This document shows, piece by piece, positions 24,811-36,426 of a stretch of DNA of 64,000 nucleotides. Source of the DNA: Sphyrna mokarran (Eukaryota); assembly GCA_024679065.1 (NCBI GenBank), contig JAGIQG010000023.1:26536001-26600000 (forward strand), in the 5' to 3' direction. Each line of letters opens with the position of its first letter. Position 1 is the stretch's first letter. The position numbers were made by a program, and so were the translations under genes. Below the pieces are notes generated by a model. It was not told where the DNA came from and searched no databases. It saw nothing but the letters and a program-made list of their open reading frames with translations.

Positions 24811-25887
24811 GGGCTGGGCAATTCTTGTGTTGGTCGATTCACAGGGTTCATTCCCCGCTAGCATCTGCCAACTACCGATTTCCAGCGATATCAGATCCGC
24901 ATTGTAATTGGTGAGAAAGCGCGAAAATAATTTAAGAAATCATTTGCATAAAATTTAGATGTGATTAGCAGGTCCAGGTCTGACATCTCTGGGCCCGCTA
25001 GCATCTCCCACCACCCTCAGCCCCCTCTGCCAGAATGGTTCACTCCAGCAGGGTTCAGAGTAGCTCCTCACTAACAGGGAACTAATGGCCCAACTCCACT
25101 GGAGTGAACGGAGGGGCAATTGGGACCTCTCAGAGAATCAGGCAGTGAAGGGAGGGCACTTCCTGAACATTGGCATCCTTGAAAAGCCAGACTGTGCCCC
25201 CAGGGGCAAAGTGCCAATGGCCATCGGGCACCTTGGCACTGGCCATCAGGCATAGGGCAGTACCAAGGGGGCAGGGCTGGATGGGATGGGGTCTTGGGGG
25301 CAATTGGTGGGAGCAGGGGGGATCTGCATCTGGATTAGTAGAGGAAGGAGGGAGGGCAGTATAAGTGGCAGTTTTGGGGGGAGTGGCACTCGACTTGCTG
25401 AAGGGGGATTGGGACCGCGGGTGGAATCAAGAATCAGCCCTTGGTGGGTGGGGAACTGGGGAGAGCTGGAGATTGGGGCAGTGTTAGGTGGGGAGGGGGG
25501 AGGTTTGGGGCTGGCCTGGGAATGGTCAGCCAGGCCATAGGGCCCAGAGAGCCGGCATTATAGGGCAGGGGATGTGGTCATGAGGCTGGCCAGATATCAC
25601 TCTGGCCAGCAATCAGGGTGGCCATTAGTGCAGGGCCACTGCGCAAGCACCAATCTCAGCACTGACAATTAGCACATGCGCAGTGGTCCACTCAGCGCAC
25701 TGATTACAGTGTCTCCAGCGGGAATAGGCCTCGACCCCTAGATTTTAATGATATTCATACTGCTGGCCTCTGCAGTGCACAAAGTGTGGGAGATTCTTCT
25801 CCGAACTCCCACTGAAAAACAAACAGCGTGAATTACTCCAATTTTCTCATGAATTTGACACATCATTTTTTTCAGAGAATTCTATCC
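24811..25887. mobile_element. putative non-autonomous DNA transposon with GC/G-rich interior
   Basis: abrupt GC-rich block with ends gggctgggcaattct...agagaattctatcc; shares gcacatgcgcagt and other motifs with 58763-59641. Confidence 0.5.
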
Positions 25888-25967
25888 ATGGAATGTGAAC
25901 TGACTAGCTATCAGATGGGTGAATGTGAAATTATTTTCTACTTAGAAATACTGGTTGTGAAATATAT

Positions 25968-26832
25968 GGGCTGTTTTCCTTAGAAAGACGTAGTCTTAGA
26001 GGAGATCTAATAGAGATGTACAAGATTACGTGGGGTCTCGATAGAGTAAACAGGGTTAAGCTTTTTCCTAGGATGGACTCGAATAGCATGAGGGGTCACG
26101 GGCTTAGGGTGAGGAGGGTAAGGTATAATTTGGATGCTAGAGAGAGTTTTTTCACACAGAGGGTGGTGGGGGTATGGAATGTGCTGCCAAGTGGTGGAGG
26201 CAGGTACTCTGGAGTTACTTAAGAAATACTTAGATGGGCACATGAACAGAATGGGAATGGAGGGGTATAGAAAACTGATTTAAAATAGGGATCATGAGCC
26301 TTGGGAGTCCCTGGGAAGTGTGTAAATAGACGATGATATTGATGTACTTGTTTTTATCCTACAGGTGCTTTTGTCCACCTTGTTGTCTAACAAGGGGCAC
26401 ACACGCGATGGGTCGTGAGAGGGCTGCTCTTGGATTTTTTCGAGCGTATCCTAGTGCTTCATGTCATTAGTGTATGCTTGACCTGGACCATTTGATGGGC
26501 AACACGACAGCTCAGTGACTATCGCTGTGCTGTGCACATACATGGATTTGGGCCAGTGTCTGTGGAAATTTGCGCATTCTCCCCGTGCTTGCGTGGGTTT
26601 TCTTCAGGTGCTTTGGTTTCCTCCCATATCCCAAAGATGTGCTCTTAGGCTAATTGGCAAAATAAATTCTCCCTAAATTGTCTCAAATTTGGTTTTTAAT
26701 CCATAGATCTATAAACATAGACAGGGATCACAGGTAGAGGTGGGAACATCGGGATGGTGGCACAGACTTGTTGGGCCGAAGGACCTGTTTCCTGTGCTTT
26801 TTTTTCCTTTGTTCTTTGCTTTTTGTTCTTTG
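25968..26832 (+). mobile_element. CR1 3' end with long 3' UTR containing a V-SINE domain
   Basis: ORF2 C-terminus ending YRKLI*, unique UTR, V-domain at about 26555-26670, (ctttgtt)n tail; two further copies. Confidence 0.85.
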
Positions 26833-27483
26833 ACAGTGTTTCATTAAAAGTGCATTGTTAAATAAACGGTAACATCAAATTTATTTTGGGCGTGATAGTC
26901 AGAAGACATTCTTGGAATAAGTTGTTTGGTGCCAATTATCAATGCAAATCAAGTGGGGAGTTCGCTGACAGGGCAGGTTGAACAGTATTTTTCCAATCTC
27001 TTTTCTGATCTGTGCAACACAATGAACCAATATATTACCTTCAATCTTATATTGTAATTCACATTATGCCTTAATCACTATATATCATGTTACCATGATC
27101 ATAATAGGTATTGCAGCTATGAAATGATTATTTGCAGAATGGTGTACTTGATGTAATGATGCAGTTGACATCAACATCCATTGTGAGAGAAATCAAACAG
27201 GACACTACCACTCTAACTACCTGACTGTCTCAATGCTACTGTCAGAGAGGAGATAGACATTGGGTGGGATTTTATGCCCTCCTCTCGCCCCAAAACTGGA
27301 AAATCCTGCCTGAGGTCAATGGACTTTTCCATGGTCTCACCTGCTCTGATTCTTATGGTGGGTGAGATGGTAAAATTTGCTCCTTTGGTTACTGTACTAC
27401 TAAATGGTGTAATTACTTGAGATGTAAATGAGTAAACAAAATATAGAAATACTAAAAAGTGGTTGGAATTTTCACGTTTTGAT

Positions 27484-27995
27484 GGGAAGCATGGTGGCAC
27501 AATAGTTAGCATGCTGCCTCACAATGCCAAGGTTCCGGGTTCAATTCCTGGCTTGGGTCACTCTTTGTGTGGGTTTCCTCAGGATGCTCCACAGTCTGAA
27601 AGATATGCTGGTTAGATGCATTGGCCATGCTAAATTCTCCCTTGGTGTATCTAAACAAGTGTCAGTGTGGCAGTCTGAACTTGAATAATTCCATCTGAAC
27701 CCCCTTTGGATAGTGGTTGTTGGTTTGGAATCTAAATTCATTCCAGTCATTTGAAGTTGTTTCAGGGAAAGCAGGATATCAGGAACATCGCGATTCAGGA
27801 GAGGGATATGGCAGGGATATCAGGAACATCATCAGGAGTTAGAGCGGTAGTATCCTGCTTGATTTCTGTCACAATGGATGTTGACGTCAACTGCATCATT
27901 ACATCAAGTACACCATTCCGCCCTTAGAAGATTTTCACAGTAACTTCTGGGGCAGAGTGTTAATATAAGCCTACTTGTGACTACTAAATAAACTT
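27484..27995 (+). mobile_element. V-SINE variant (alternative tail) interrupted by a ~260-bp insertion
   Basis: head at 27484, breaks at gtgtggcag (27673), resumes at attttcacagtaacttc (27931). Confidence 0.75.
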
Positions 27996-28012
27996 GTTAT
28001 TTAAAAAAAAAG

Positions 28013-28482
28013 AGTGGCACAGTGATTAGCATTGCTGCCTCACAGTACTAGGGAGCTGGGTTCATTTCTGTCCTTGGGTCACTGTCTGGGAGGAGTTTGC
28101 ACGTTCTCCCCATGTTTGCGTGGGTTTCCTCAGTGTGCTCTCGGTTTCCTCCCACAGTCCAAAAGACATGCTGATTAGGTGCATTGGCCATGCTAAATTC
28201 TCCCTCAGCGTATCCGAAGAGGCTCAGAGTGTGGTGACTGGGGGATTTTCACAGTAACTTCATTGTGGTGTTAATGTAAGCCTACTTGTGACACTAATAA
28301 ATAAACTTGAAACTGAAAAAGATGTGCAGGTTAAGTGGATTGGCCATGTTAAATTGCCCCTTAGTCTCAGAGACCTAGCTGAGTAAATATGTGAGGTTAC
28401 AGGGATATGGCTTGGGTGGGATCGTTGTCAGAGCAGACTCGAAGGGCTGTAGGGCCATCTGCACTGTAGGGATTCGATGATT
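28013..28482 (+). mobile_element. V-SINE variant (28013-28318) fused to a HE1 3' half (28319-28482)
   Basis: alternative tail gtgacactaataaataaac followed directly by aaagatgtgcaggttaagtggattggcc...gtagggattc. Confidence 0.78.
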
Positions 28483-28625
28483 GTAAGTCTACACCTGACT
28501 ATGATCTTCATTGAGCTTATCATTGTTCTTTCACGGCAGTAGTTTTGTTCTGAAAGTTAAGCACGCTATCAATGTTCAGTCCTTTTTCCTAGCTTTTAAT
28601 GTCGTGTACATCAATTTTCTTTCAG

Positions 28626-28670
28626 GAAAATGCAGCTTACAAAGGAGATGCCTCTGATTCAAGATTTGTG
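28626..28670 (+). CDS. ITPR3: ITPR3 45-nt small exon (approx. 10)
   Basis: ttttctttcag / gtaagt; ENAAYKGDASDSRFV, matches recalled human ITPR3 ENPSYKGDASD; phase 0-0. Confidence 0.9.
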
Positions 28671-29319
28671 GTAAGTTTTAGTTTCAATGCTACAAATACT
28701 GAACTGAAGTTGGTCCATGACTATGATTGTGTACGTTGACATAGAATTTGTACTTGCACAATTGGCTGCATTGCTTCTGGGTGAAAGAGGGGGAGAATAG
28801 CTAGGGTTCCCTCCAGCTTAGTTAGCTAACTGACAGCTAATGTCAAATAAGCACTAAGGACTAGACTTGGCTCTGTTGGTTATCAAAATGAAACACTGTC
28901 GTTTCCGTGTGTAAGTTTACATATGAAGCACGGTCATATAGATAAAATGCCAAAGGGGTTGGTAACACTTGTGGAACCTGTTACCATTCCTGGCCTAACC
29001 TGGAAATTCAGCTAGGGACTAATAATATTTTGTTTAATGTAGATAAAGATAGAGACCGAAGATGCTTAGCAAGTGAATAAAGTCACCAGATACCCCAGGT
29101 TTTGAACAAACAAAAATTAGCTTCATAAGGTCAGAAAGATAAAGACAAAATTTTTGGGCAAAATTTTCCCATTTTGGGGCAGAGTGTGGGAGCGGGCAAC
29201 AAAAGTGGATCTCCCTCTTATTGTTAACAACTTAGGAAAAAAAAGCCAAGGGAGGGATCACATGATATTACGCTGGTTGGCCTCGTCTGCAGCTTAGACC
29301 GGGATTTTGCACTGGCATT

Positions 29320-30980
29320 GCCGATTAAATTCTTTGAGGAGGTAACTAAGAACAAAGAACAAAACAGCACGGGAAACAGGCCCTTCGGCCCAACGAGCCT
29401 GCGCCGCCACCCTGATGTTCCCATCTCTACCCGCAATCCCTGTCTATGTTTATAGATCAGTGGATTTAAAACCAAATTTGAGACAATTTAGGGAGAATTC
29501 CTTTTGCCAATTAGCCTAAGAGCACATCTCTGGGATGTGGGAGGAAACCGGAGCACCCGGAGAAAACCCACGCAAGCACAGGGAGAATGTGCAAACTCCC
29601 ACAGACACAGGCCCAAATCCATGTATGTGCACAGCACAGCGATAGTCACTGAGCTGTCGTGTTGCCCATCAGAAGGTCCAGGTCAAGCGTACACGAACAA
29701 CGTGAAGCACTAGGATACTCTCGAAAAAGATCCAAGACCAGTCCTCTCACAACCCATTGCGTGTATGCCCCTCGTTAGACAACAAGGTGGACCAAAGCAC
29801 CTTCAAAGTGTGTAGATGAAGATAGAGCAGTTGATGTCATATACATGGATTTTAGTAATGCATTTGATAACGTTCCTCATGGTAGGCTCATGAAGAAAAT
29901 AAGGAGGTGTGGGATAGAAGGAAATTTGGCCGATTGGATAAGTAACTGGCTGTCTTATAGAAAACAGAGGGTGATGATGAAGGGAAAATTTTCAGACAGA
30001 AGGCCAGTTACTAGCAGTGTACTACAGGGATCAGTGCTAGGCCTTCTGCTATTTGTGATTTTTATCAATGACTTGAAAGAGAGGGGCTGAAGGGTGGGTT
30101 AGTAAATTTGCTGATGATACCAAGATTGGTGGAGTCATGGATGAGGTGGAGGCCTCTTGTGGGCTGCAGAGAGACATTGATGGGATACAGAGCTGAGCAG
30201 AGAAGTGGCAGATGGAGTTTAAGCCTGATTAGTGCAAGATGATTCATTTTGGTAGGACAAACTTGAATGCGAATTACAGAGTCAATAGCAGGGTTCTGAG
30301 GAATGTGGAGGAGCAGAGAGATCTTGGGGTTCATATCCACAAGTCTCTGAAGGTTGGTACTCAAGTGGATAGAGCCATGAAGAAGGCTTATAGTGTGTTA
30401 GCGTTTATTAACAGGGGTTTGAGTTTAAGAACCTCAACCATACCGGACCTTAGTGAGACCACATTTGGAGTATTGTGTGCAGTTCTTGTCACCTCACTAT
30501 AAGAAGAATGTGGAAGCATTGGAGAGAGTACAGAGGAGATTTACCAGGATGCTGCCTATTTTGGAGGGTAGGTCAATGAGGAAAGATTGAGGGAGCTGGG
30601 GCTTTTCTCTTTAGAGTGGAGGAAGATGAGAGGGGACTTAATAGAGATTTATAAGATGATGAGGGAGATAGATAGAGTGGAGATGCAGAGATTATTTCCT
30701 CTGGTGGATGTAGTTGTTACTAGGGGGCATAACTATAAGATTCATGTTGGGAGATATCGGAGGGATGTCCAAGGTAGATTCTTTACTCAGAAAGTGGTTG
30801 GGGTGTGGATTGCCTACTGTGATAGTGGACTTGGACAGTTTAGGAACTTTCAATCCATTATTGAATAGGCACATGGAGCACACAAGAATGCTAGGCAGTG
30901 AGATAGCTTGGTCTTGAGTTTGGACATAGCTCGGTACAACACTGAAGGCCAAAGGGCCTGTACTGTTCTATGTTTCTATG
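29320..30980 (+). mobile_element. CR1 LINE (decayed RT to 3' end) interrupted at 29351-29802
   Basis: FFEEVTK | CVDE.RAVDVIYMDFS split by the insertion; QGSVLG, KFADDTK, (ttctatg) tail. Confidence 0.92.
29351..29802 (-). mobile_element. 3' UTR-only copy of the V-domain-bearing CR1
   Basis: reverse complement of about 26363-26830; (aacaaag) tail; nested in another CR1. Confidence 0.85.
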
Positions 30981-31436
30981 AGAAGCCAAAACTGAGAATT
31001 GTTGGCAAGATCTTGGGATGCGGTTATCCCTAACATCCACCATAGACATAATGAGGATTCCATCTATGAAAGTCAGAAACCTCAATTAAACACATTTTCA
31101 TTTCTCTAGTGGATTTTCCCATGATATTCTCCACATTGGAACATCACATTGATGAGGTTTCCAAGAGTTTTTAAAATAGGAGTCACATGAAGAGAAGCTG
31201 CCAAGGGTGCACAATCTAGTAAGCCCACAGAGGGCGAGGGGGGCATGTCTGGGCAGTGCCCTCAGCAGTGCTCCTCTGGTACTGACCCTGTAACTAGCAC
31301 TGCCCCACAGCACATCAGCAGTGTCGGGTTAATATCAGGGTCCTGGGAGCACTGCCTGGGTGTCCCCTTTGGGGATCTCAATTGGCGAAGTTCCCAGTAT
31401 AAATGGAGAGAAGGGTTCCCTGTGTGTTAATGAAGG

Positions 31437-31463
31437 TGGGGGGGTGGGGGAGGGGGGGGGAAT

Positions 31464-31497
<34 letters not shown>

Positions 31498-31528
31498 GAG
31501 GAACTCTTTGAGGGGGGTGGGGGGTGGT
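31437..31528. repeat. G-runs plus (GT)n(GA)n microsatellite within a GC-rich repeat-like block
   Basis: gtgggggggtggggaggggggggg, (gt)n, (ga)n, gggggg tggggggtgg. Confidence 0.85.
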
Positions 31529-32872
31529 TCTCTAGAACTCCGGAAACCCGACATTGCCGGCTTTTTCAGCATGATGGCAGATGGCATGCCTCCTGAATTT
31601 CCTTATTCTAAGTGCTGAACAATATGACAAGAAAAGCTGGCTGTGCAGCTGGTGAGCACAAAATCCCGGCTGATTTACAAACCTGTGTTATATTCTAACC
31701 TTCAGGTTAAGATGAACATCCCCACCCAGACACCTGTCACGTTGTGAGCCAACTCAGTCTCATTGAAACTCCATCTTTCTCATCAGTGTTTCCAATCTCC
31801 AGATTTAAAGATGCTCGTCTGGAATTTTCTCCAAATGTACTCCCACTCAGACAACGTATAACAATGATTCATTTTATAGGGTTTCAGTCTCGCCTTCTGA
31901 GATTCCTGCTCTCTGGATTCCCTATAGAATCAGTGACTTACAAGCACACTTTCAGATCTATGGCCATGCCAAACAGAAAACCAAAGATGCAGCTTTGCTC
32001 CAAAAGCTTTTTTATTCTTAAAATCTGCTGTTGACAACCCTTTCTCTTAACGTTTTAAGATAACTTAAATGGCACATATTCCAGTCCCTGTCTTGGTGAT
32101 ACCTACAAGCTGATTTGCTAAAATTAACTGACTCACAAAGAATTATTGGCTGATCCTTTAACTGGTGATTTATCAAGACACTCCCAGAAGGTCCCACCCT
32201 TTTTACTTGGCAGGAGCCAATGCAACAAGCGTTGGAGCATCCTATACTGTAAACATTACAATCTCCACAGACTTAATTCAGTACCTGCGGACACAATGAT
32301 CAATAATCTCATGACAAACTGTGCTTCAGCAAGAATCTCTACATGAGGAAGGAAAAAGCATTCATACTTCTGAAAGTGTCGAATGCTGGGATGTCTTTCA
32401 GGAATTTAATTTGTGAAGATGCTGTGCTCCCTGTGGTGCAGAATATTCATACCCTCATGCACTGTGCTGAAAATGTGAAAGGGAAGCTGGATACCGTGAT
32501 TCCGCACAGAGCATGACAAGTTTCTAATCTAGTCAATTGAGATCGTCTAGGGAGCTGATAAAGATGAATTGTGACTTTTATGGGCCTTGCCACCGTGCAG
32601 AACTCGCAGTACTATATTATATAGAAATGCTGGCAAAGCTTTGTCACTGACAGCACAGGTTAGCAAGACGGGAGGTAAATTGGAAGGAAAAAATGCTGTG
32701 GGTTGAATTGCCCACTTTATCTGAAAAGACACAAGGAGTAGAAGGGTTGAAAACGATGGTCAAGATGAATCATGTGTCCATGGATGCTAAATTAGCAGCA
32801 TGTGGAGATTGTAACTTTTACAATATGGGATGTTAAAATGCTTGCTGCATTAGTTCTTGCCAAGTAACAAGG

Positions 32873-33168
32873 TTTAAAGTTTATTTATTAGTGTCACGAG
32901 TAGGTTTACATTGACACTTCACTGAAGTCACTGTGAAAATGCCTTAGTTACCACACTCCAGCGCCTGTTCGGGTACACTGATGGAGAATTTAGGTTGGAC
33001 TAACCAGCACATCTTTCGGAAAGTGAGAGCAAACTGGAACACCCAGAGGAAACTAACACAGACACAAGGAGAATGTGCAGACTTCACACTGACAGTAACC
33101 CAACCCAGAAATTGATGCTGGGCCCTGGTGCTGTGAGATAACAGTGTGCTAATCACTGTGCCACCCTC
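32873..33168 (-). mobile_element. V-SINE variant with alternative tail
   Basis: aaagtttatttattagtgtcacgagtaggtttacattgacac...ctaatcactgtgccacc. Confidence 0.78.
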
Positions 33169-33385
33169 TGGGAGTGTAGAAAGTTTTAGCTTTTCTAATT
33201 TATTACTTACCTAAAACACCCCTTATTTTAAAGGCGTAATTATGCAAAAGTGCCTTTACAGTCATGTAATGCCAACTTGACAGGAGCATGGAATATTCAA
33301 TAAGTTGAAGGCATTCTGTGACTACTTTGTATTCAATGTTAAGAATGATCACAGCTTTAAAATAGAAGTTGCACTCTCTCAACAG

Positions 33386-33537
33386 GGAGAACACAGAAAC
33401 CTAAATCGAAACAGCAAGAGAAAAGGAGGCGACAATGTCAGATACAAGCTCGTGGCTGTGCCGCATGGAAATGACATTGCATCCCTGTTTGAACAAGATC
33501 CAACTACTCTGCAGAAAACAGATTCGTTTGTTCCCAG
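33386..33537 (+). CDS. ITPR3: ITPR3 exon (approx. 11)
   Basis: ctcaacag / gtactc; 152 nt = GEHRNLNRNSKRKGGDNVRYKLVAVPHGNDIASLFEQDPTTLQKTDSFVP(R); 5' part divergent so acceptor slightly less certain. Confidence 0.9.
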
Positions 33538-35399
33538 GTACTCAAACCCAAAACGATGCTTTATTCGGGTTGATGGGGGCACTCTCATTCATGCAGATGT
33601 CATATCATACAAGAAATCTGGAAGTTTCCAAGCGAATGCTAAAATTTAAACGGGACTAGATTTGGTTTATGTAAAGGTTGTCGCTGTATGAATAATACAG
33701 GTTTTCCCCTTTTAAGAAATAGAGAAAAGCTTTAGATTAGTTGATTGAAGACCACAGTTGGCCCCATGAAGCTACAATATCTCCTAACTGGTCATGAATA
33801 TGGGGGGACTTCCAAAGGGAACTTTTTGACTCCTGAAGACTAACCTTTTCTGGGAGATGACTTTGAGAAATATATTCTCTACACACATACCCTTCCTGCT
33901 TTATGATGTGCATGCTTGCTATTGCTGGTGAAATTCCACACACAACTACAAGTGGGAACTTAAGAAATTTAATCTGGATTTTCTGGTTGGCCCAAAGATC
34001 CCACTGATGGTGATTCTACACCCCACTCCCCCATCTCCCCACCACATCTTCCTAAGGACAATAGAAAACTGTATAAATAGCAGGGGGATTGGAAGATCCC
34101 GTGGCAGAGGAGGGGTGGGGGGCAGAAAATTCTACACTTTAATTCTGTGAAACAATGTGGGGGTTTTCTCAGATTGACTCCAAATTTTCTGTGTCCAGGG
34201 TGGGCATTCCTTGCTCCAAATATTCAATAGTTTATATCCTGCAGGTGACTTTTTATGGAAACACCTTGGACAAGGTGAAACTTTTGCCTGCCCCTGATTT
34301 CATCCCATTTCTTGTGGCAGGGCATTTGCACGGATCAGGCACAAGTCCATGACAGGAATGATATACCTAATTACCTGCATAGAAAAGTTTAATGTTGAAC
34401 CTGGCCCAGTGCAGAAGCAAAGAAATCCAAATTTATTTTAAAATAATCCATTTTTTGGAAAGGCCCAATCCATTCTGCGAGCAATAATCCTTTGCAATAA
34501 AGAAACCTTAAACTTTTATGTATGAATGTTTCTTGACATTTCTGCAGATTTTTATCTGCTCTTTATGTGGACTTGACTCTCACACTGTGGAATGAGGCTC
34601 TTAATATAGTAAAAATGGGGACTGTTTGACCTTAGCACTGATGTCAAATTACTCTGCCGGCAAAAATTGAATCTGTTGGAAATGGGGACAGGACTTCTAC
34701 AGCCAGGCCTTCAAATACTATTTCCTTATAAAACAAATGGAATTGTATTCATAACTCCGCATCAATGACAGCTAAAATAAAAGCAAAGTTCTTCAGTGTT
34801 AAGAATGATCACAGCTGCAGATGCACTACAGATATGAAATAAAAATAACAAGCACTGCAAAACTCAGGAGATCAGGCAGTTTCTGTGGAGGAAAAAACAG
34901 AATCAACACTAAGAGTCGAACGTGACTTCTTCAGAACTATTATTAACCTTTTCTGTCAGTTTCAGAAATCTGCATTCAATTCTATTCGGTCAGCTGTAGA
35001 ATTCAGGTGGGAAAAGTCACACTTGACATAAAGTGGCAAGATTGGATAGAAAAGTGACAGATAATGGATAGGTGCCTGGAGGAGTTTTTATAAGGTTGAG
35101 ATAGAAGTGCAAAGATTTAAGACGATCTTAACATCAACTAGCTATTGCCTTTAAAATCTGTAAAGGAAACAAGTCCTTGCTTGAGAATTCTCAATAACAT
35201 TATTGCATAGCGCTGAAGAAGGCTATTTGGCCCCAGAGCATTTCTAACCACTTTTGCATATTCTGCTTTTCTCTTACATTTTCTTGCACATCTTAATTAA
35301 ACGTTAAAAGGAAATCTATTTTAAGTAGAAATTCTTTGGCGATCAGAAAGGTGAAGCTGTATTGTTGGCAGTGCTTTCTCCACGGGACATACCAAGGAA

Positions 35400-35716
35400 T
35401 TCATAGAATCATAGATCCCTACAGTGTAGAAGGAGGCCATTTGGCCCATCGAGTCTGCACTGACTCTTACCTGTAACTCCAAGTATTTACCCTGTAAATT
35501 CCTCCTAACTATCTTGAGACACTTAAGAGGTAATTTAGCATGACCAATACACTTATCCTGCACATCTTTGGACTGTGGGAAGAAACTGGAGGACCCAGAG
35601 GAAACCCCATGTCAACACAGGGAGAGTGTGAGTCTGGGTGTCCACAGTCACCCAGGCTGGAATTGAACCCAGGTCCCTGGCGCTGTGAGGCAGCAGCGCT
35701 AGTCACTGTGCTACAA
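35400..35716 (-). mobile_element. HE1-type V-SINE
   Basis: catagaatcatagatccctacagtg tail; ggaattgaacccaggtccctggcgctgtgaggcagcag head. Confidence 0.85.
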
Positions 35717-36121
35717 GGCCACACTATCTCTGGCATTCCATTCAGATCAGTTGAAAATCACAGGCAAGTCGTCTATGGTTCCTCTGTCCGTCTGTGGACA
35801 TGGCTGGTTGCTTGAACTTTACCATTCCTGGAAGTAAGATGATGGGAGACAAGAGCGATTGAATTCCCAAGTCAGAACTAGACGTGGATAACAGGACATT
35901 GTGGAGACCCTGCTCTCAAAACGTCTTCATACTTTGGTGGAAAACTGCAAATGGCTGTCCACAATATCCTAAAATCTGTGACTAGTGGAAGTGACTTCTC
36001 AGCAGTAAAATGAATAGAGGAAAACCAGCCTTTCTTAAGTATGAGTACATTATTTCAAAAAGCCCCATTTGTTTGTGTACATGCCAATTAATTCTACCAA
36101 ATATTCTATTTAATATTTCAG

Positions 36122-36221
36122 GAATTCCTTTGTGAGATTGCGGCACCTCTGTACCAATACGTGGATTCAGAGCACAAATATTCCTATCGATACCGATGAA
36201 GAGAGGCCAATAAGACTAATG
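36122..36221 (+). CDS. ITPR3: ITPR3 exon (approx. 12)
   Basis: atttcag / gtagtt; 100 nt = (R)[33 protein letters not shown]. Confidence 0.95.
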
Positions 36222-36426
36222 GTAGTTATTGAATTTAACTTCTTCTGTTTAACTTTAAGTTTCACAGTCGAGTTTAGAGTGATGACATGTTTTCTAATAT
36301 ACTAAATGCCAGTAGTGGTTATCTCAGAGGGCAATGGAATCACCTGCTCTTACAGAAGACCAGGAAGTTTGGAGCCTGAAGGTTTGGTGGGTTGGCATCA
36401 GGACTGATACTCTGGGTAGGATGGGT

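Noticed and set aside
28760-28990. Possible ancient SINE remnant after exon 10 (similar patch near 47520-47720)
   Set aside because: Similarity too weak to name or delimit without an HMM search.
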